In this document: in pieces, positions 31,770-32,000 of the stretch
How the letters are laid out: every line of letters starts with the position of its first letter
Numbering within the stretch: position 1 is the first letter of the stretch
Source: Casimicrobium huifangae
Lineage (GTDB): Bacteria; Pseudomonadota; Gammaproteobacteria; Burkholderiales; Casimicrobiaceae
Length of the DNA: 32,000 nt
NCBI RefSeq assembly: GCF_009746125.1
Contig: NZ_CP041352.1
Span: 1,626,436 to 1,658,435, forward strand
Direction of reading: 5' to 3'
Position numbers and translations under genes: made by a program
Notes under the pieces: model-generated
What the model was told of the DNA's origin: nothing
The model's database searches: none
Seen by the model: the letters and a program-made list of their open reading frames with translations, nothing else

Positions 31770-32000
31770 CTAGAAGCGGTCGCGGTCGCGGTTGACGGTG
31801 TTGTCGTTGCTGGCGACGGTGCCGAGCAGCACTGGTTTCAGGCTGTCGTCAATCGGCTTCGGGCCGAGCCAGATCTGCAGCAATGCCTGGAAGAACGACT
31901 CATCGGTGAAGGTCTCGCCGATCTTCTTGCCGTTGACGAGAATGATCATGCCGGTGCCCGGTATCAGGTCAACCGTGATGCTCTCGCCTTTCTTCAGCGA
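31770..32000 (-). CDS. chalcone isomerase-like family protein, 3' fragment (start beyond window end)
   Basis: My own translation of the minus strand gives ...SLKKGESITVDLIPGTGMIILVNGKKIGETFTDESFFQALLQIWLGPKPIDDSLKPVLLGTVASNDNTVNRDRDRF*. The FxxALLxIWLGxxPxDxxLKxxLLG motif is characteristic of bacterial chalcone-isomerase-like proteins. This ORF is not in the supplied track because its start lies outside the window. Confidence 0.6.
   Translation of the reverse strand, partial: SLKKGESITVDLIPGTGMIILVNGKKIGETFTDESFFQALLQIWLGPKPIDDSLKPVLLGTVASNDNTVNRDRDRF

Noticed and set aside
1-32000. Scan for CRISPR arrays, tRNA/rRNA genes, IS elements, integrases, toxin-antitoxin or known defence genes
   Set aside because: No regularly spaced direct repeats, no cloverleaf-like or rRNA-like stretches, and no transposase, integrase or nuclease-helicase-type ORFs were recognised. 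A by-eye scan cannot exclude small ncRNAs.

Overview
High-GC proteobacterial chromosomal segment. The gsp genes, the IPTL-CTERM signal and the overall gene content suggest a beta- or gammaproteobacterium, but the taxon cannot be fixed from sequence alone. All calls come from reading the supplied ORF translations and the DNA by eye; no similarity search or HMM was run. Layout: (1) 1-6225, minus strand: a CUT1 sugar-type ABC importer operon (ATPase, binding protein, two permeases), extended by a cytoplasmic EEP-family phosphoesterase and a secreted beta-propeller, then the 5' end of a Yip1-like gene. (2) 6343-12363, plus strand: a YkgJ-type Cys-cluster protein, a Cys-rich lipoprotein, and a gspD-gspE-gspF core with no pseudopilin or gspC/L/M genes. 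A convergent gene for a tandem DEP-domain protein follows 16 nt later. (3) 13575-15901: GNAT acetyltransferase and gamma-glutamyltransferase. (4) 16249-24792: an 8.5-kb accessory-looking block of four same-strand signal-peptide proteins. These are a beta-lactamase-fold serine hydrolase, a CSLREA/choice-of-anchor-Q-like beta-helix protein, a cohesin-like/dockerin-like protein, and a Calx-beta repeat protein with an IPTL-CTERM sorting signal. Each ends in a C-terminal address module, and the first two share a previously unnamed Cys-bracketed EF-hand/dockerin-like module. I consider this block, possibly serviced by the nearby gspDEF core, the most interesting candidate system. (5) 24956-32000: amidase, orphan family-5 binding protein, second amidase, membrane GGDEF cyclase, beta-hydroxyacid dehydrogenase-type oxidoreductase, and a chalcone-isomerase-like gene fragment. 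I recognised no rRNA, tRNA, CRISPR array, transposase or integrase. A conserved intergenic element of about 75 nt occurs twice, once upstream of the accessory block and once inside it.
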